DNA of 64,000 bases from an uncultured Bacteroidaceae bacterium. GTDB taxonomy: Bacteria > Bacteroidota > Bacteroidia > Bacteroidales > P3. Position numbers and translations under genes: made by a program. Shown piece by piece: positions 8,922 through 18,784 of this stretch. Numbering within the stretch: the stretch's first letter is position 1; every line of letters starts with the position of its first letter. The DNA lies in contig CAYTZG010000003.1 in NCBI GenBank assembly GCA_964442435.1, forward strand, positions 43,802 through 107,801, written 5' to 3'. The notes under the pieces are model-generated. The model was not told the origin of the DNA. It was given only the letters and a program-made list of their open reading frames with translations, and did not search any database.

Positions 8922-9684
8922 ATAATCCCCACCAGCTTAAATCGGTCTCCCGCTCCACGGCGGTTTCGATGCTGTCGGGCAGGTGGGGAAAGAAGTCCAT
9001 GCCGGTCAGGCGTTCCAGACTGTCTATACTCAGCGTGTGAACCCACAGGTCGGCGTCCGAGGCCTCGTTTTCAAACACAAATCCGATGGCCGACCACCGG
9101 CCTTCCGCTTCCTGCAACAAGGCTTTGAAAAAACGTTGCGGCACGACCACGCCTTGCCGTCCGATCCGCGGTGCGTCTTCGGCCGCGATAGGCCCGCAGA
9201 CCACATAGACGCTGCCCCGCGTCGCGGCCCGCTTCCGTACCAAATCCTCCAACTGCTTCCAGATGCCGCGGTTCAGCGCGGGGTGTTGCGGACAGATATT
9301 CGACAGGTAAAACGACTCCCGCATCGCCTGCTCGCTCCATTTCATGTCGCCGGCGGGCGCCATGTGGCCGCGGTCGTAGCCCGAATGGCGGTAGTCGTCG
9401 GTCGTGGCGGTCTCGTGCGGCGGCACCTCCGGGTCGGGCACAAAGCGGTTCTGCCGCGCCGCCGGCCCCGACGTCTCCTCGGGCGTCAGCTCGTAAGCCA
9501 CCCAGTTCGGCAGCCGCCGGTCGCCGTTGTAGCTCACCGTATAGCCGATATGATGGATAATCCGCTCTTGGCCGCCCGCAAGGGGTGCCGGCATCTCCAA
9601 GGCCGTCTGCGCGTGCGCCGTGCCGCCCCACAACATGGCCACCGCGAGCAGCCATTGTCCCGATAAAACGTTCCTCATCCGCAT
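8920..9684 (-). CDS. Secreted DNA/RNA non-specific endonuclease (NUC/EndoG family)
   Basis: Signal peptide MRMRNVLSGQWLLAVAMLWGGTAHAQ and active-site motif YDRGHMAPAGD, then ..SNICPQ...LN. Start chosen at the internal Met (9684) that gives a signal peptide. Confidence 0.85.
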   Translation of the reverse strand: MRMRNVLSGQWLLAVAMLWGGTAHAQTALEMPAPLAGGQERIIHHIGYTVSYNGDRRLPNWVAYELTPEETSGPAARQNRFVPDPEVPPHETATTDDYRHSGYDRGHMAPAGDMKWSEQAMRESFYLSNICPQHPALNRGIWKQLEDLVRKRAATRGSVYVVCGPIAAEDAPRIGRQGVVVPQRFFKALLQEAEGRWSAIGFVFENEASDADLWVHTLSIDSLERLTGMDFFPHLPDSIETAVERETDLSWWGL

Positions 9685-9738
9685 TTCGTCATCCCGTAAA
9701 CCAAAAAAGGCCTCCATTCGGAAGCCTTTTCATTTCGG

Positions 9739-9813
9739 GGTGGAAGATGGGACTCGAACCCACGACCCACGGAACCACAATCCGGTACTCTAACCAACTG
9801 AGCTACATCCACC
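9739..9813 (-). tRNA. tRNA-His (anticodon GUG)
   Basis: The reverse complement folds as a cloverleaf with anticodon loop TTGTGGT, a T-arm GTGGG-TTCGAGT-CCCAT, and the His-specific extra G-1 opposite discriminator C73. CCA is not encoded. Confidence 0.9.
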
Positions 9814-9891
9814 GTGTATAGGGGTGCAAAAGTACGACATTTTTTTAATTTCCCAAAATTTCGTAATTTTACACGATAAATACCGATTTGT

Positions 9892-11358
9892 ATGTACCTT
9901 ACGCCGCAAAATATCCTTCTGATAGGCTCCATCCTTCTGTTTATCAGCGTATGGGTCAGTCAGGGCTCCTATAAGTTCGGCGTTCCCGCCTTGATTCTGT
10001 TCCTCGGCGTGGGCATGTTGGCCGGCTCCGAGGGGGTTGGCGCGTGGTTCGGGCATCATCAGGGCATCGTGTTCGACAACCCCAAGACGGCCCAGTTCAT
10101 CGGTGTCGTCGCGCTTAACTTCATCCTGTTTTCCGGCGGTTTGGACACCAAGTGGCGCAGCATCAGACCGGTGTTGTGGCAGGGCGTCGCGCTCTCCACG
10201 GTGGGCGTCGTGCTCACGGCGGGGGCCGTCGGGCTGTTCGTCTATCTCGCGCTCGACAATTTCACTTTCGCCGAAGCCATGCTGCTGGGCTCCATCATCT
10301 CGTCCACCGATGCGGCGGCCGTGTTCTCCATCCTGCGGTCAAGCCGGCTCGCGCTCAAGCACAACCTCAAACCCATGCTGGAGTTGGAGAGCGGGAGTAA
10401 CGACCCCGTGGCCTACCTGCTCACCATCATGTTCATCTCGGTGGTTCAGAACCCCACCGACAGCCTTTGGAAGCTGTTGCCCGTCTTTCTGATGCAGATT
10501 CTCATCGGCGCCATGGCTGGCTATCTCATGGGGCGGGTCAGCGTGTGGATTGTCAACCGCATCAAGACGCATTACAACGGGCTCTATCCCGTCTTGATGG
10601 TCGCCCTCATGTTCTTTACCTATTCCATCGCCGACGTGTTGCACGGCAACGGCTTTTTGGCCATATACATAGCGGCGGTGTTCATTGGCAACAAGAAAAT
10701 CGTTCAGAAAGAGTTGATACTCGGCACGTTCGACGGCTTCGCCTGGCTCATGCAGGTGGTGCTGTTCCTCTCGTTGGGCCTGCTCGTACATCCCAAACAG
10801 GTATGGTCGGTGCTCGGCATCGGGCTGCTGATTTCGGTCTTCATGATTTTGGTGGCGCGTCCGTTGAGCGTCTTCATCACGCTCGCGTTCAATAAACTCG
10901 GCATCAAGAACAAATTGTTCATCTCGTGGGTCGGACTGCGCGGCGCGGCGCCCATCGTGTTCGCCACCTATCCGCTCATCGCGGGCTTGGAAAAGGCCGG
11001 CATGATATTCAACATCGTGTTCTTCATCTCCTGTACGTCCATGCTCATCCAAGGCACGTCCATCCCGGCCGTGGCGCGTTGGCTCAAGGTATCCCTCGTC
11101 ATGCCCAAGCATCTGCTCTCGCGCAAGGAGTTGGATCAGAACATGGAAGTCATCGAAGTCAAGGTGCCCGTCGACAGCAAGCTCATCGGCTCGCAGCTCT
11201 GTCAAATCGTGTTTCCTAAGGGCGTTCGCATCACGATGATGGCGCGTTGCGGCGAATACCTCATTCCCAACGGTCAGACGCAGATTTATGCGGACGACCA
11301 TCTGTTCGTCATGTGTCATGAGGACGACCAGCCGGAGATATACCGGATGCTGGATTAG
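9892..11358 (+). CDS. K+/H+ antiporter, NhaP2/CvrA-type (CPA1 family) with C-terminal TrkA-C domain
   Basis: 488 aa. About 12 TM segments, ..LESGSNDPVAYLL.. motif, and a soluble C-terminus (EVIEVKVPVDSKLIGSQLCQIVFPKGVRITMMARCGEYLIPNGQT). Confidence 0.85.
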   Translation: MYLTPQNILLIGSILLFISVWVSQGSYKFGVPALILFLGVGMLAGSEGVGAWFGHHQGIVFDNPKTAQFIGVVALNFILFSGGLDTKWRSIRPVLWQGVALSTVGVVLTAGAVGLFVYLALDNFTFAEAMLLGSIISSTDAAAVFSILRSSRLALKHNLKPMLELESGSNDPVAYLLTIMFISVVQNPTDSLWKLLPVFLMQILIGAMAGYLMGRVSVWIVNRIKTHYNGLYPVLMVALMFFTYSIADVLHGNGFLAIYIAAVFIGNKKIVQKELILGTFDGFAWLMQVVLFLSLGLLVHPKQVWSVLGIGLLISVFMILVARPLSVFITLAFNKLGIKNKLFISWVGLRGAAPIVFATYPLIAGLEKAGMIFNIVFFISCTSMLIQGTSIPAVARWLKVSLVMPKHLLSRKELDQNMEVIEVKVPVDSKLIGSQLCQIVFPKGVRITMMARCGEYLIPNGQTQIYADDHLFVMCHEDDQPEIYRMLD

Positions 11359-11370
11359 TCAGTCGTTGTT

Positions 11371-11408
11371 TTTTCGTGTGACCCGACGTTTTTTCCGTGT
11401 GACCCGAC
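11371..11408. repeat. Tandem ~19-bp duplication in a convergent intergenic region
   Basis: ttttcgtgtgacccgacg followed by ttttccgtgtgacccgacg. Confidence 0.6.
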
Positions 11409-11443
11409 GGGAAAGCGGAGGACGGGTTATCTGCCGTTAATGT

Positions 11444-13330
11444 CTATAGCAGCCGGCGGCTCAATACGATTTCTAAATCGTCGAAATAAGACGGATGGCG
11501 CGCCGAATCGGTCGTGACGTGGACGAGCACGCGCTGTACGCCCGTCGGGATAGCCGTGCGTATCTCCAAATCATCCCACAGGTCGGCCGTATCGCGCGCC
11601 GACGCCACCTGCCGTTCGGCCTGCGTCGCCTCCACATGGAAAGGCACCGCGCGGGCTTTCTGCCGTGCGAAATGAAAGTCCTCCACGCCGAGGCGGCCGT
11701 TTCCCTTCCGTTTTACGCGCACGTAGAGGCTGTCGCCGGCCTGCACGTTGAACGCCACGGGCAGGGCTTCCCAGTCCCCGCCGGCCACCTTCACGCAGGC
11801 GTCGCCCGCAAAGGCCGTCTCAAGGCATTGGCGTTCCACGAGTTCGGGGCCGGAGGAAAGCCCTTCGGCGCTGTCGGGCCACGTCTGGCATAGGAAGAAA
11901 GGCTTGCCGGCGCGGTCGCGCGCGTAGTCTTCGGCCGTGCAGCGTACCGTATATATCGGACGGAACGCGAAGAAGTCGGCCGGCAGGATGTCGAAACTGC
12001 CCTTGGCGTGCAGCGACAGGAAATAAGTCGGGTTCAGCAGGTTGGACGGCCATTCCAAATCGTTGGTCAGCAGAAAAGACAGGTCGGCTTCGTAGGGCGA
12101 CTGGAAACGGACGCCCGGCAGCGGGAACTGCACGATGCGCGGCCGCGCCGTATATATGAGCGTGTAGTTGAGCATTTCCACCTGCGGCACCACGGAGGGC
12201 TGGAAACTGTGTTCGGGCATGGCAATGTTGTAGGCCAAAAATTTCTCAAACGGTTCGGGCAGGTTCTCGGCAAACGTGCCGTAGAAGTGCGCGCGGCGGT
12301 CGAGCGTCTTGTATTCGTCGGCCGTGCCGCAGACAAGGAACAGCAGGGCGGGCGCGAGCCAAATGGCCGGCTGTCTCTCTCTTAGGATGAGCAGGGCCGT
12401 CAGGGCCCAAAACGGTAGGAAACGGCGGCCGAAGTCGGCGGCATAGCCGGGCGTAAAGCCGAAGAGTGCGAGCCAGACGGCCGTCAGAATCAACAGCGTG
12501 GCGAGCGACCGGTAGGCCTTGCGGCAGACGTAGCGGGCGGCCAGATAAGCCCAGCCCGCCCACAGGAACAGATAGGCGTAGGCCTGCGCCTGTCCCCAGA
12601 ACGCGAAGGCGTTGCGGAAGCCATAGACGGGCAGGAAGAAGTCCGCGTTGAAGTCCAAGGGTTGCGGCAAAAAGCGGTGGTCGAGCCATGCGGCGAGCGA
12701 CAGCCCTGCGAGCAGCGCCACGTGCGGCCACCAAAAGCGGCGGCGGTCGGCGGGGAGGCCGTCCGTAGCGGCATCGGGGCGGTGGCAGAGCCAAACCGCG
12801 ATGGAGGCGGGCAGCCAAACCGGGTTGGCGAACACGCAGAGCAGGAGCAGGGCGGCGAGCACAACCCAGCGGAGCGCGGCGGGCAGGCGGCCCGCTTCTT
12901 TCAGTTGCGGCCAACGTTCGCCTTCAAACAGCGCGAGGGCGAGCGCGAAGTAACCCAGCCCGTTGAGCGTGCCGTTGGCCGGATTCAGCCAAAGGGGGGC
13001 GCTTACGAGCGCGAGGGCGAGCGCGAGGCGGCCGGCGTTGCGGTACCGGAAGCCGTAGCGTGCGATGAGGTAAAGGAGATAGGCGTACACCACCTGGCTG
13101 AGCGCGAACACGAGCGCAAGTGCCTTCGGCGCGGCCGCCAGCCGGACGGCGGCCCGCATGGCGAGCCACGTCAGCGGGTTGAGCGTGCGCAGGTCGTCTA
13201 TGTTCAGCGGCGGCAGTTGCAGCAGCCGGAAGAACGTATAGGCGCTGTCGGTCTGCAACGGCAGCAGCGGCGCCACGATGCAGGCCACCACGGCGGCGAG
13301 CGCGAACAGCAGGTGAGAGGCGTTTTTCAT
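11444..13330 (-). CDS. Polytopic membrane protein of unknown function with soluble C-terminal domain
   Basis: 628 aa. The N-terminal two thirds are strongly hydrophobic with many TM segments. It overlaps the upstream rdgB stop by 4 nt, which suggests an operon. Confidence 0.55.
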   Translation of the reverse strand: MKNASHLLFALAAVVACIVAPLLPLQTDSAYTFFRLLQLPPLNIDDLRTLNPLTWLAMRAAVRLAAAPKALALVFALSQVVYAYLLYLIARYGFRYRNAGRLALALALVSAPLWLNPANGTLNGLGYFALALALFEGERWPQLKEAGRLPAALRWVVLAALLLLCVFANPVWLPASIAVWLCHRPDAATDGLPADRRRFWWPHVALLAGLSLAAWLDHRFLPQPLDFNADFFLPVYGFRNAFAFWGQAQAYAYLFLWAGWAYLAARYVCRKAYRSLATLLILTAVWLALFGFTPGYAADFGRRFLPFWALTALLILRERQPAIWLAPALLFLVCGTADEYKTLDRRAHFYGTFAENLPEPFEKFLAYNIAMPEHSFQPSVVPQVEMLNYTLIYTARPRIVQFPLPGVRFQSPYEADLSFLLTNDLEWPSNLLNPTYFLSLHAKGSFDILPADFFAFRPIYTVRCTAEDYARDRAGKPFFLCQTWPDSAEGLSSGPELVERQCLETAFAGDACVKVAGGDWEALPVAFNVQAGDSLYVRVKRKGNGRLGVEDFHFARQKARAVPFHVEATQAERQVASARDTADLWDDLEIRTAIPTGVQRVLVHVTTDSARHPSYFDDLEIVLSRRLL

Positions 13331-14022
13331 CGGCGTGCGGAAATGCGGTCGAGATATTGTTGCAGGGCCGCCACGGCGCGGCCGCGGTGGCTGATGCGGT
13401 TCTTGGTCTCAAGGTCCAATTCGGCGAAGCTGCGGTCGTAGCCCTCCGGTTGGAAGACGGGGTCGTAGCCGAAGCCCTCGGCGCCGGCGGGCGCGTTCAG
13501 GATGGTGCCCTCCACGCGGCCTTCGAAGTACAGCGGCTGGCCGTCGGCCTCAATCAGACAGATGACCGTGATGAACGCCGCCCGCCGTTGCGGACCTTCC
13601 AAGCCGCGCATCTTATGCAGCAGCCGGTCCATATTCTGGGCAAACGTGGGATGAGGCGCGGGGGGCGCGGCTTGGATGTCCGCCAGCACCCGGCGGTCAC
13701 CGGCTTGCATGCGGGCCTCGAAATCGTCCGGCAGGGAGGCGTAACGCGCCGTATATACGCCGGGTGCGTCGCCGAGGGCCGGCACCTCCAGCCCGGTGTC
13801 ATCGGCAAAGCAGGGCACGCCGTAGCGTTCATATACATACATCGCCTTTTGGAAAGCGTTCTCCCGCAGCGTGAAGCCCGTTTCGGGAATGTCCTCCGTG
13901 CAGCCCAAGGCCGCCAAGCCTTGCACGGGAAACCTCAGCGAGGCCTGTACCTCTTTCAGTTTGTGGGCGTTGTGGGTCGCGAAAACATAATGGCCCGCTT
14001 GGGGCTTTTCATTGGATGCCAT
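13327..14022 (-). CDS. rdgB: Non-canonical purine NTP pyrophosphatase (RdgB/HAM1 family)
   Basis: FATHNAHKLKEV.., ..FADDTGLEV.ALGDAPGVYTARYA.., ..GFGYDPVF.P.GYDRSFAEL....KN.ISHRG.A. It carries an extra Ala/Pro-rich insertion. Confidence 0.85.
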   Translation of the reverse strand: MASNEKPQAGHYVFATHNAHKLKEVQASLRFPVQGLAALGCTEDIPETGFTLRENAFQKAMYVYERYGVPCFADDTGLEVPALGDAPGVYTARYASLPDDFEARMQAGDRRVLADIQAAPPAPHPTFAQNMDRLLHKMRGLEGPQRRAAFITVICLIEADGQPLYFEGRVEGTILNAPAGAEGFGYDPVFQPEGYDRSFAELDLETKNRISHRGRAVAALQQYLDRISARR

Positions 14023-14152
14023 AGGCCGTCAGGGTTTTAAAGGTCGGACAAAATATCCGAACTTTCCGCAAAGGTACGATAATCGTCCGATTTTTTTCAT
14101 CTATCGGGGTCGGTTTCACCACTTAAAACGTCCGTTGAAAGCAAAAAATGTG

Positions 14153-14160
14153 TATATTTG
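14153..14160 (+). promoter_or_regulatory. Bacteroidota -7 promoter box (TATATTTG) upstream of pepD
   Basis: Exact TAnnTTTG about 75 nt upstream of the ATG at 14234. Confidence 0.4.
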
Positions 14161-14233
14161 AGTTCCGCGCGTGCTTCGATAAACGTTGGCTGCGCGTACA
14201 GATGCAGAATAAATAACTAAAAATCATACAATT

Positions 14234-15694
14234 ATGAAAAACAAAAACATCGCGGCCTTGGAGCCGAAAAACGTGTGGGGTCATTTCTACGGACTGACCC
14301 GTCAGCCCCGTCCCTCCAAACACGAGGAGAAAGTACGGGCTTTCATCGTCGATTTCGCCAAGAAGAACAAATTGGATTGCAAGGTGGACGGGGTCGGCAA
14401 CGTCATCATCACCAAGCCGGCCACGAAGGGCATGGAGAACCGCCGCGGCGTCATCCTGCAGGCGCACCTCGACATGGTGCCGCAGAAGAATGCCGACAAG
14501 AAGCACGATTTTGTGAAAGACCCGATTGAGGCCTACGTTGACGGCGACTGGGTTACGGCCGACGGCACCACGCTGGGCGCCGACAACGGCATGGGTTGCG
14601 CCGCGATTATGGCGGTGTTGGAATCCAAGACGATCAAGCACGGCCCGCTCGAAGCCCTGTTCACGATTGACGAGGAAACCGGCATGACGGGCGCGTTCGG
14701 CATCAAGAAAGGTATGTTCAAGGGCGATATCCTGTTGAACCTCGACTCCGAGACCGAGGGCGAACTCTATGTGGGTTGCGCCGGCGGTATCGACGCCACG
14801 ATAACGTTGCCCTACAAGACCGAGGCCGTTCCGGCCGACAGCAAGGCGTTCAAAATCGCGCTCACGGGCCTCAAGGGCGGCCACTCCGGCATGGACATCG
14901 TGCTGGGTCGCGGCAACGCCAACAAACTCATGAACCGTCTGCTGCTGCGCCTCATGGAAGGTTGCTCCGCACGGCTCGTTAAACTGGACGGCGGCAGCCT
15001 CCGCAACGCCATCCCGCGTGAATCGTTCGCCACGGTGACGTTGCCCAAGGCCAAGGAAGCCAAGTTCCAGAAAATCGTGGAACAGTTCTACGCCGAGACC
15101 AAGGCGGAACTGTCTGCGGTGGAACCCGACTATACGGTCAAGTGCGAGAAGGCGACCTTGCCCAAGAACGTCATCACGGCGGCTTCGGGCAAAAAGATGT
15201 GCCGTCTCGTTTACGGTATGCCCAACGGCGTGATGCGCATGAGCGACGCCATGCCGATTGTGGAGACGTCCACGAACATGGCCATCGTCAAGGCCGACAA
15301 GGGCGTGCTGACGATTGCGTGCCTGTTGCGTTCGTCGGTCGATACGGCCAAGGAAGACTTGGTGAACCAAATGAAGAGCGTGGTGGCGCTCGCGGGCGGC
15401 AAGGCCGAGTTCACGGGCGGCTACCCGGGTTGGAAACCCAATATGCAGTCGCCGATTCTGAAGGCGATGCAGAGCACCTATCATTCGCTCTACGGCAAGA
15501 AGCCGAAAGTTCTGGCCATCCATGCCGGCTTGGAATGCGGCTTGCTCGGCGGCGTTTACAAGAACTGGGACATGATTTCGTTCGGCCCCACGATTATGTA
15601 TCCGCACTCGCCGGACGAAAAGGTAAACATCGCCAGCGTCAAGAAGTTCTGGGATTACCTCGTGGCCACGTTGGCCGCCACGCCTAAGAAATAA
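14234..15694 (+). CDS. pepD: Aminoacyl-histidine dipeptidase (cytosol non-specific dipeptidase, M20C)
   Basis: 486 aa. LEPKNVWGHFYGLTRQPRPSKHEEKVR.., QAHLDMVPQKN, GADNGMG, and a length typical of PepD. Confidence 0.9.
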   Translation: MKNKNIAALEPKNVWGHFYGLTRQPRPSKHEEKVRAFIVDFAKKNKLDCKVDGVGNVIITKPATKGMENRRGVILQAHLDMVPQKNADKKHDFVKDPIEAYVDGDWVTADGTTLGADNGMGCAAIMAVLESKTIKHGPLEALFTIDEETGMTGAFGIKKGMFKGDILLNLDSETEGELYVGCAGGIDATITLPYKTEAVPADSKAFKIALTGLKGGHSGMDIVLGRGNANKLMNRLLLRLMEGCSARLVKLDGGSLRNAIPRESFATVTLPKAKEAKFQKIVEQFYAETKAELSAVEPDYTVKCEKATLPKNVITAASGKKMCRLVYGMPNGVMRMSDAMPIVETSTNMAIVKADKGVLTIACLLRSSVDTAKEDLVNQMKSVVALAGGKAEFTGGYPGWKPNMQSPILKAMQSTYHSLYGKKPKVLAIHAGLECGLLGGVYKNWDMISFGPTIMYPHSPDEKVNIASVKKFWDYLVATLAATPKK

Positions 15695-15779
15695 CCGCCG
15701 GCCCTCATTCAATGAAAACGCCTTGCTTGCGGACGGCCCTCGCGGCCGAAACCGGGCAGGGCGTTTTTCGCACCGACCT

Positions 15780-16697
15780 ATGGATTGGAACACCCGTCTG
15801 GCTTATCTGAAAGACCATCCGCAACGGATGCCCGTCGTGTTGGGGCCCACCGCCTGCGGCAAGACCCGTTTGGCCGTGCAGCTCGCCGGCCGGCTGGGGG
15901 CTGAGGTCATCGGGGCCGACTCGCGTCAGGTGTATCGGGAAATGGACCTCGGCACGGGCAAAGACCTGGCGGAATACGTCTATGAGGGGCGCCCCGTGCC
16001 CTACCACCTCATCGACGTGGCCGAGCCGGGCACCGAATACAACGTATTCCTGTATCAGCAGGCGTTCGACCGCGTTTACGCCGACCTCGTGTCGCGTGGC
16101 CTAAGGCCTTTGCTTTGTGGCGGAAGCGGCTTATATTTGCAGAGTGCAATCGGCACGCGGCGTTTCGCCGAGGTGCCGGAAAACGCGGCCTTGCGCACCG
16201 AGCTCAAAGGGCAGACGCTGGCCGAGTTGAGCCGCCGGCTGAGCCTCTACGGGCCGCTGCACAACCACACTGACACCGAGTCGGAGGCGCGTTGCGTGCG
16301 GGCCATAGAGATAGCCGAATACGAGGCGACGCATCCGGAGGCCTTCCGCCGGACGCCGCCGCAGGCCTACCTCATAGGCATAGACGTGCCGCCCGAACAG
16401 CTGCGGCGGCGTATCCGCCTGCGGTTGGAGGAACGGCTCGCGCAGGGCATGGTGGAGGAGGTGGCGGGCTTGCTCCGCAAGGGCTTGCGGCTCGAGCAAC
16501 TTACCTACTACGGCTTGGAGTACCGCTATGTGACCGACTACCTGCAAGGCCGCTCCGACATGGACGCGATGCGGGAGGGCTTATATACGGCCATCTGTCA
16601 GTTCGCCAAGCGGCAGCGCACGTGGTTCCGCGGCATGGAGCGCAAGGGGTGGGCCATCGAGTGGATTGGGCTGGACGAGGCGGCGGCCTTGGCGTAA
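15780..16697 (+). CDS. miaA: tRNA dimethylallyltransferase
   Basis: P-loop VVLGPTACGKTRLAVQLA and GAEVIGADSRQVYREMDLGTGK. Start placed at the ATG at 15780 (MDWNTRL..). Confidence 0.85.
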   Translation: MDWNTRLAYLKDHPQRMPVVLGPTACGKTRLAVQLAGRLGAEVIGADSRQVYREMDLGTGKDLAEYVYEGRPVPYHLIDVAEPGTEYNVFLYQQAFDRVYADLVSRGLRPLLCGGSGLYLQSAIGTRRFAEVPENAALRTELKGQTLAELSRRLSLYGPLHNHTDTESEARCVRAIEIAEYEATHPEAFRRTPPQAYLIGIDVPPEQLRRRIRLRLEERLAQGMVEEVAGLLRKGLRLEQLTYYGLEYRYVTDYLQGRSDMDAMREGLYTAICQFAKRQRTWFRGMERKGWAIEWIGLDEAAALA

Positions 16698-16717
16698 AAA
16701 CAAGAAACAAACCATCT

Positions 16718-17602
16718 ATGATATTTGCCGGTATTGACATTGGATCGAACGCGGTGCGCGTCTTGTTTTCGGATGTGTTCGCAGGCGAGAAAGGCCGCCC
16801 CGTGGCTTCGAAGGTCGCCTTGGTGCGCGTGCCGTTGCGTCTGGGCGAGGACGTGTTTTCGGAGGGCTATATCCGTCCCGAATCGGAACAGGCGTTAATT
16901 GATACGCTGCAAGCGTTCAAGCAGCTGATGAAAGTCTATAAGACGGCCGATTTCGCCGCCTGTGCGACGGCCGCCATGCGTGAGGCCGCCAACGGCGCGG
17001 AGGTCGTGCGGCACGTCAAGGCCGCCACGGACATCGACATCCGGGTCATAGACGGTCTGGAAGAGGCGCAGATTATCCGCACGGCCGGCGAGAGCCTGCC
17101 CGAAGAACGCTACGATACGACGGTATATGTGGATGTGGGCGGCGGCAGTACCGAGATTTCCGTTACGGAGGGCGGCCGTTTCCTGCAGTCCTATTCGTTC
17201 AAGCTCGGCACGTTGCGGCTGTTGCACAAGGCCGAAGACCCGCAGGAGTTCGACCGTCTGGAAGCGTGGCTGCAACAGTTCGAGGGGCGGTTCGGCCGCA
17301 TGAACCTCGTGGGGTCGGGCGGCAACATCAACAAGCTGACCAAACTGTTCGGCGACAAGACCGGGCTTTCCATGTCGGTGAACCAACTCAAGAAAGGCTA
17401 CAAGCAACTGGAGGGCATGACGGTGGCCGAACGCATGGCCGTTTACAAGCTGCGGGCCGACCGTGCCGACGTCATCCTGCCGGCCGCCCGTATCTTCCTG
17501 TTCATCGCCGGACATACGGGGGCGGAACGCATCTGGGTGCCGCGCTTCGGCCTGGCCGACGGCTTGGTCTGCCAGCTGTATCAAGACCGACTGCAACGGT
17601 AA
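16718..17602 (+). CDS. Ppx/GppA-family phosphatase (exopolyphosphatase-like, short form)
   Basis: MIFAGIDIGSNAVRVLF.., ..VDVGGGSTEIS.. ASKHA-fold motifs. The track ORF starts at 16292, but that extension overlaps miaA in another frame and is rejected. Confidence 0.8.
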   Translation: MIFAGIDIGSNAVRVLFSDVFAGEKGRPVASKVALVRVPLRLGEDVFSEGYIRPESEQALIDTLQAFKQLMKVYKTADFAACATAAMREAANGAEVVRHVKAATDIDIRVIDGLEEAQIIRTAGESLPEERYDTTVYVDVGGGSTEISVTEGGRFLQSYSFKLGTLRLLHKAEDPQEFDRLEAWLQQFEGRFGRMNLVGSGGNINKLTKLFGDKTGLSMSVNQLKKGYKQLEGMTVAERMAVYKLRADRADVILPAARIFLFIAGHTGAERIWVPRFGLADGLVCQLYQDRLQR

Positions 17603-17624
17603 AACGTTGACACGTATATAAAGG

Positions 17625-17657
17625 AAAAGCGCCGACCCGCATGGGCCGGCGCTTTTC
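17625..17657. terminator. Bidirectional terminator
   Basis: aaaa-gcgccgaccc-gcat-gggccggcgc-tttt between convergent genes. Confidence 0.6.
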
Positions 17658-17685
17658 GCATCCACGGAGCGGGTATCGCCCCCGT

Positions 17686-18669
17686 TTATTTCTTTTCGGT
17701 GGAGAACATATAGGCCAGACCGATGGTCAGCATCTCGCGGAACTGCACCTTGGGGCCGCGCACGTTGCCGTACTTGTCGGTCGTCTTGACCTTGTCGTCG
17801 TATTTGAGCGTGGTGCCGATCTGGGCGTTCAGCCACGAGGTCACCTTCATGACGAGCTGTACGTCCCAGTCCACGACGAAGTTACCGAAGTCCTTGTTGT
17901 AAGGCGTAAAGAGCGTGAGGCCGGACGAGAGGACGATTCTATCCTTGAGGATTTCCCAGTTCACGTTGCCTTGGATTTGCAAACCGGCCTGCATGAGGTA
18001 GCGTTCGCCCGGCGTGACGCCGAACGCGCCCTGATCCGACAGGAATTTGTCTTCCACGAACGTCGTACGCATAACCGCCGGCGCCACATAGACGTCCAAC
18101 AGGTTTTTGAGGTGGTATTCCACACCGACGGAGACGTTCAGATAACCGGGCGCCATGATTTTGGATATATAGGTCGGCGCCGTGTCGTTGTCGGCCAGGT
18201 GGCTGGCCACATCCTTGTAACCTTTGTCGTACTGGGTGCGGAAGTCGGCTTCGGCCGAGATAAACCAGTGGTCTTTCGTGTCCAGCGCGTAGCCGTACTG
18301 CGTGTTGAGCACTAATTTATCGACGGTTTTGTTCAGCTTGTTCGTCGGCGTCCACGTCAGACCGTATTCGGTGTTGAGGTTCGACACCCATTTGTGACGG
18401 TTCTTGAGGTAGGTCGCGTTCAGGTTCACGAGCGCGTTGCCGGCAATCGAACTCTCACCACCGGCCGACCAGTTGGTCAGCGAGGTCTGCGACAGGTTGA
18501 TGCCCATATCGCCCTTGAACGTCCAGGGTTTGACCACCGCGTTGGCCGCATCGTCCGCCGCTTCCTGGGCGGAGGCGGGAGAAACGGCGAGGCCCGCCGC
18601 TAAAACCAAGGCCAAACCGAGCAACGACCGCCGCGCGGCGCCGTTGCGGAAATAGTTGTCAGCTCTCAT
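17686..18669 (-). CDS. Outer-membrane beta-barrel protein, DUF3078-like
   Basis: 327 aa. Signal peptide ..AVSPASAQ, the motif LSQTSLTNWSAGGESS that I associate with DUF3078, and alternating beta-strand pattern with aromatic-rich strand ends. Confidence 0.6.
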   Translation of the reverse strand: MRADNYFRNGAARRSLLGLALVLAAGLAVSPASAQEAADDAANAVVKPWTFKGDMGINLSQTSLTNWSAGGESSIAGNALVNLNATYLKNRHKWVSNLNTEYGLTWTPTNKLNKTVDKLVLNTQYGYALDTKDHWFISAEADFRTQYDKGYKDVASHLADNDTAPTYISKIMAPGYLNVSVGVEYHLKNLLDVYVAPAVMRTTFVEDKFLSDQGAFGVTPGERYLMQAGLQIQGNVNWEILKDRIVLSSGLTLFTPYNKDFGNFVVDWDVQLVMKVTSWLNAQIGTTLKYDDKVKTTDKYGNVRGPKVQFREMLTIGLAYMFSTEKK

Positions 18670-18784
18670 AATTCAATAATTATATGGTGTTTACAACGTT
18701 TACAGGCTGTTCGGAAAGCCGCAAATTTAGTAAAATTTTCAAAAATGCCGCATTTTAAGTACATTCGCGCGGTGATATTTGACG

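Noticed and set aside
16292-16717. N-terminal 142-aa extension of the Ppx/GppA ORF
   Set aside because: It overlaps miaA in another frame and is Arg/Gly/Ala-rich. A proper start (MIFAGIDIGSNAVR) exists at 16718, just after the miaA stop.
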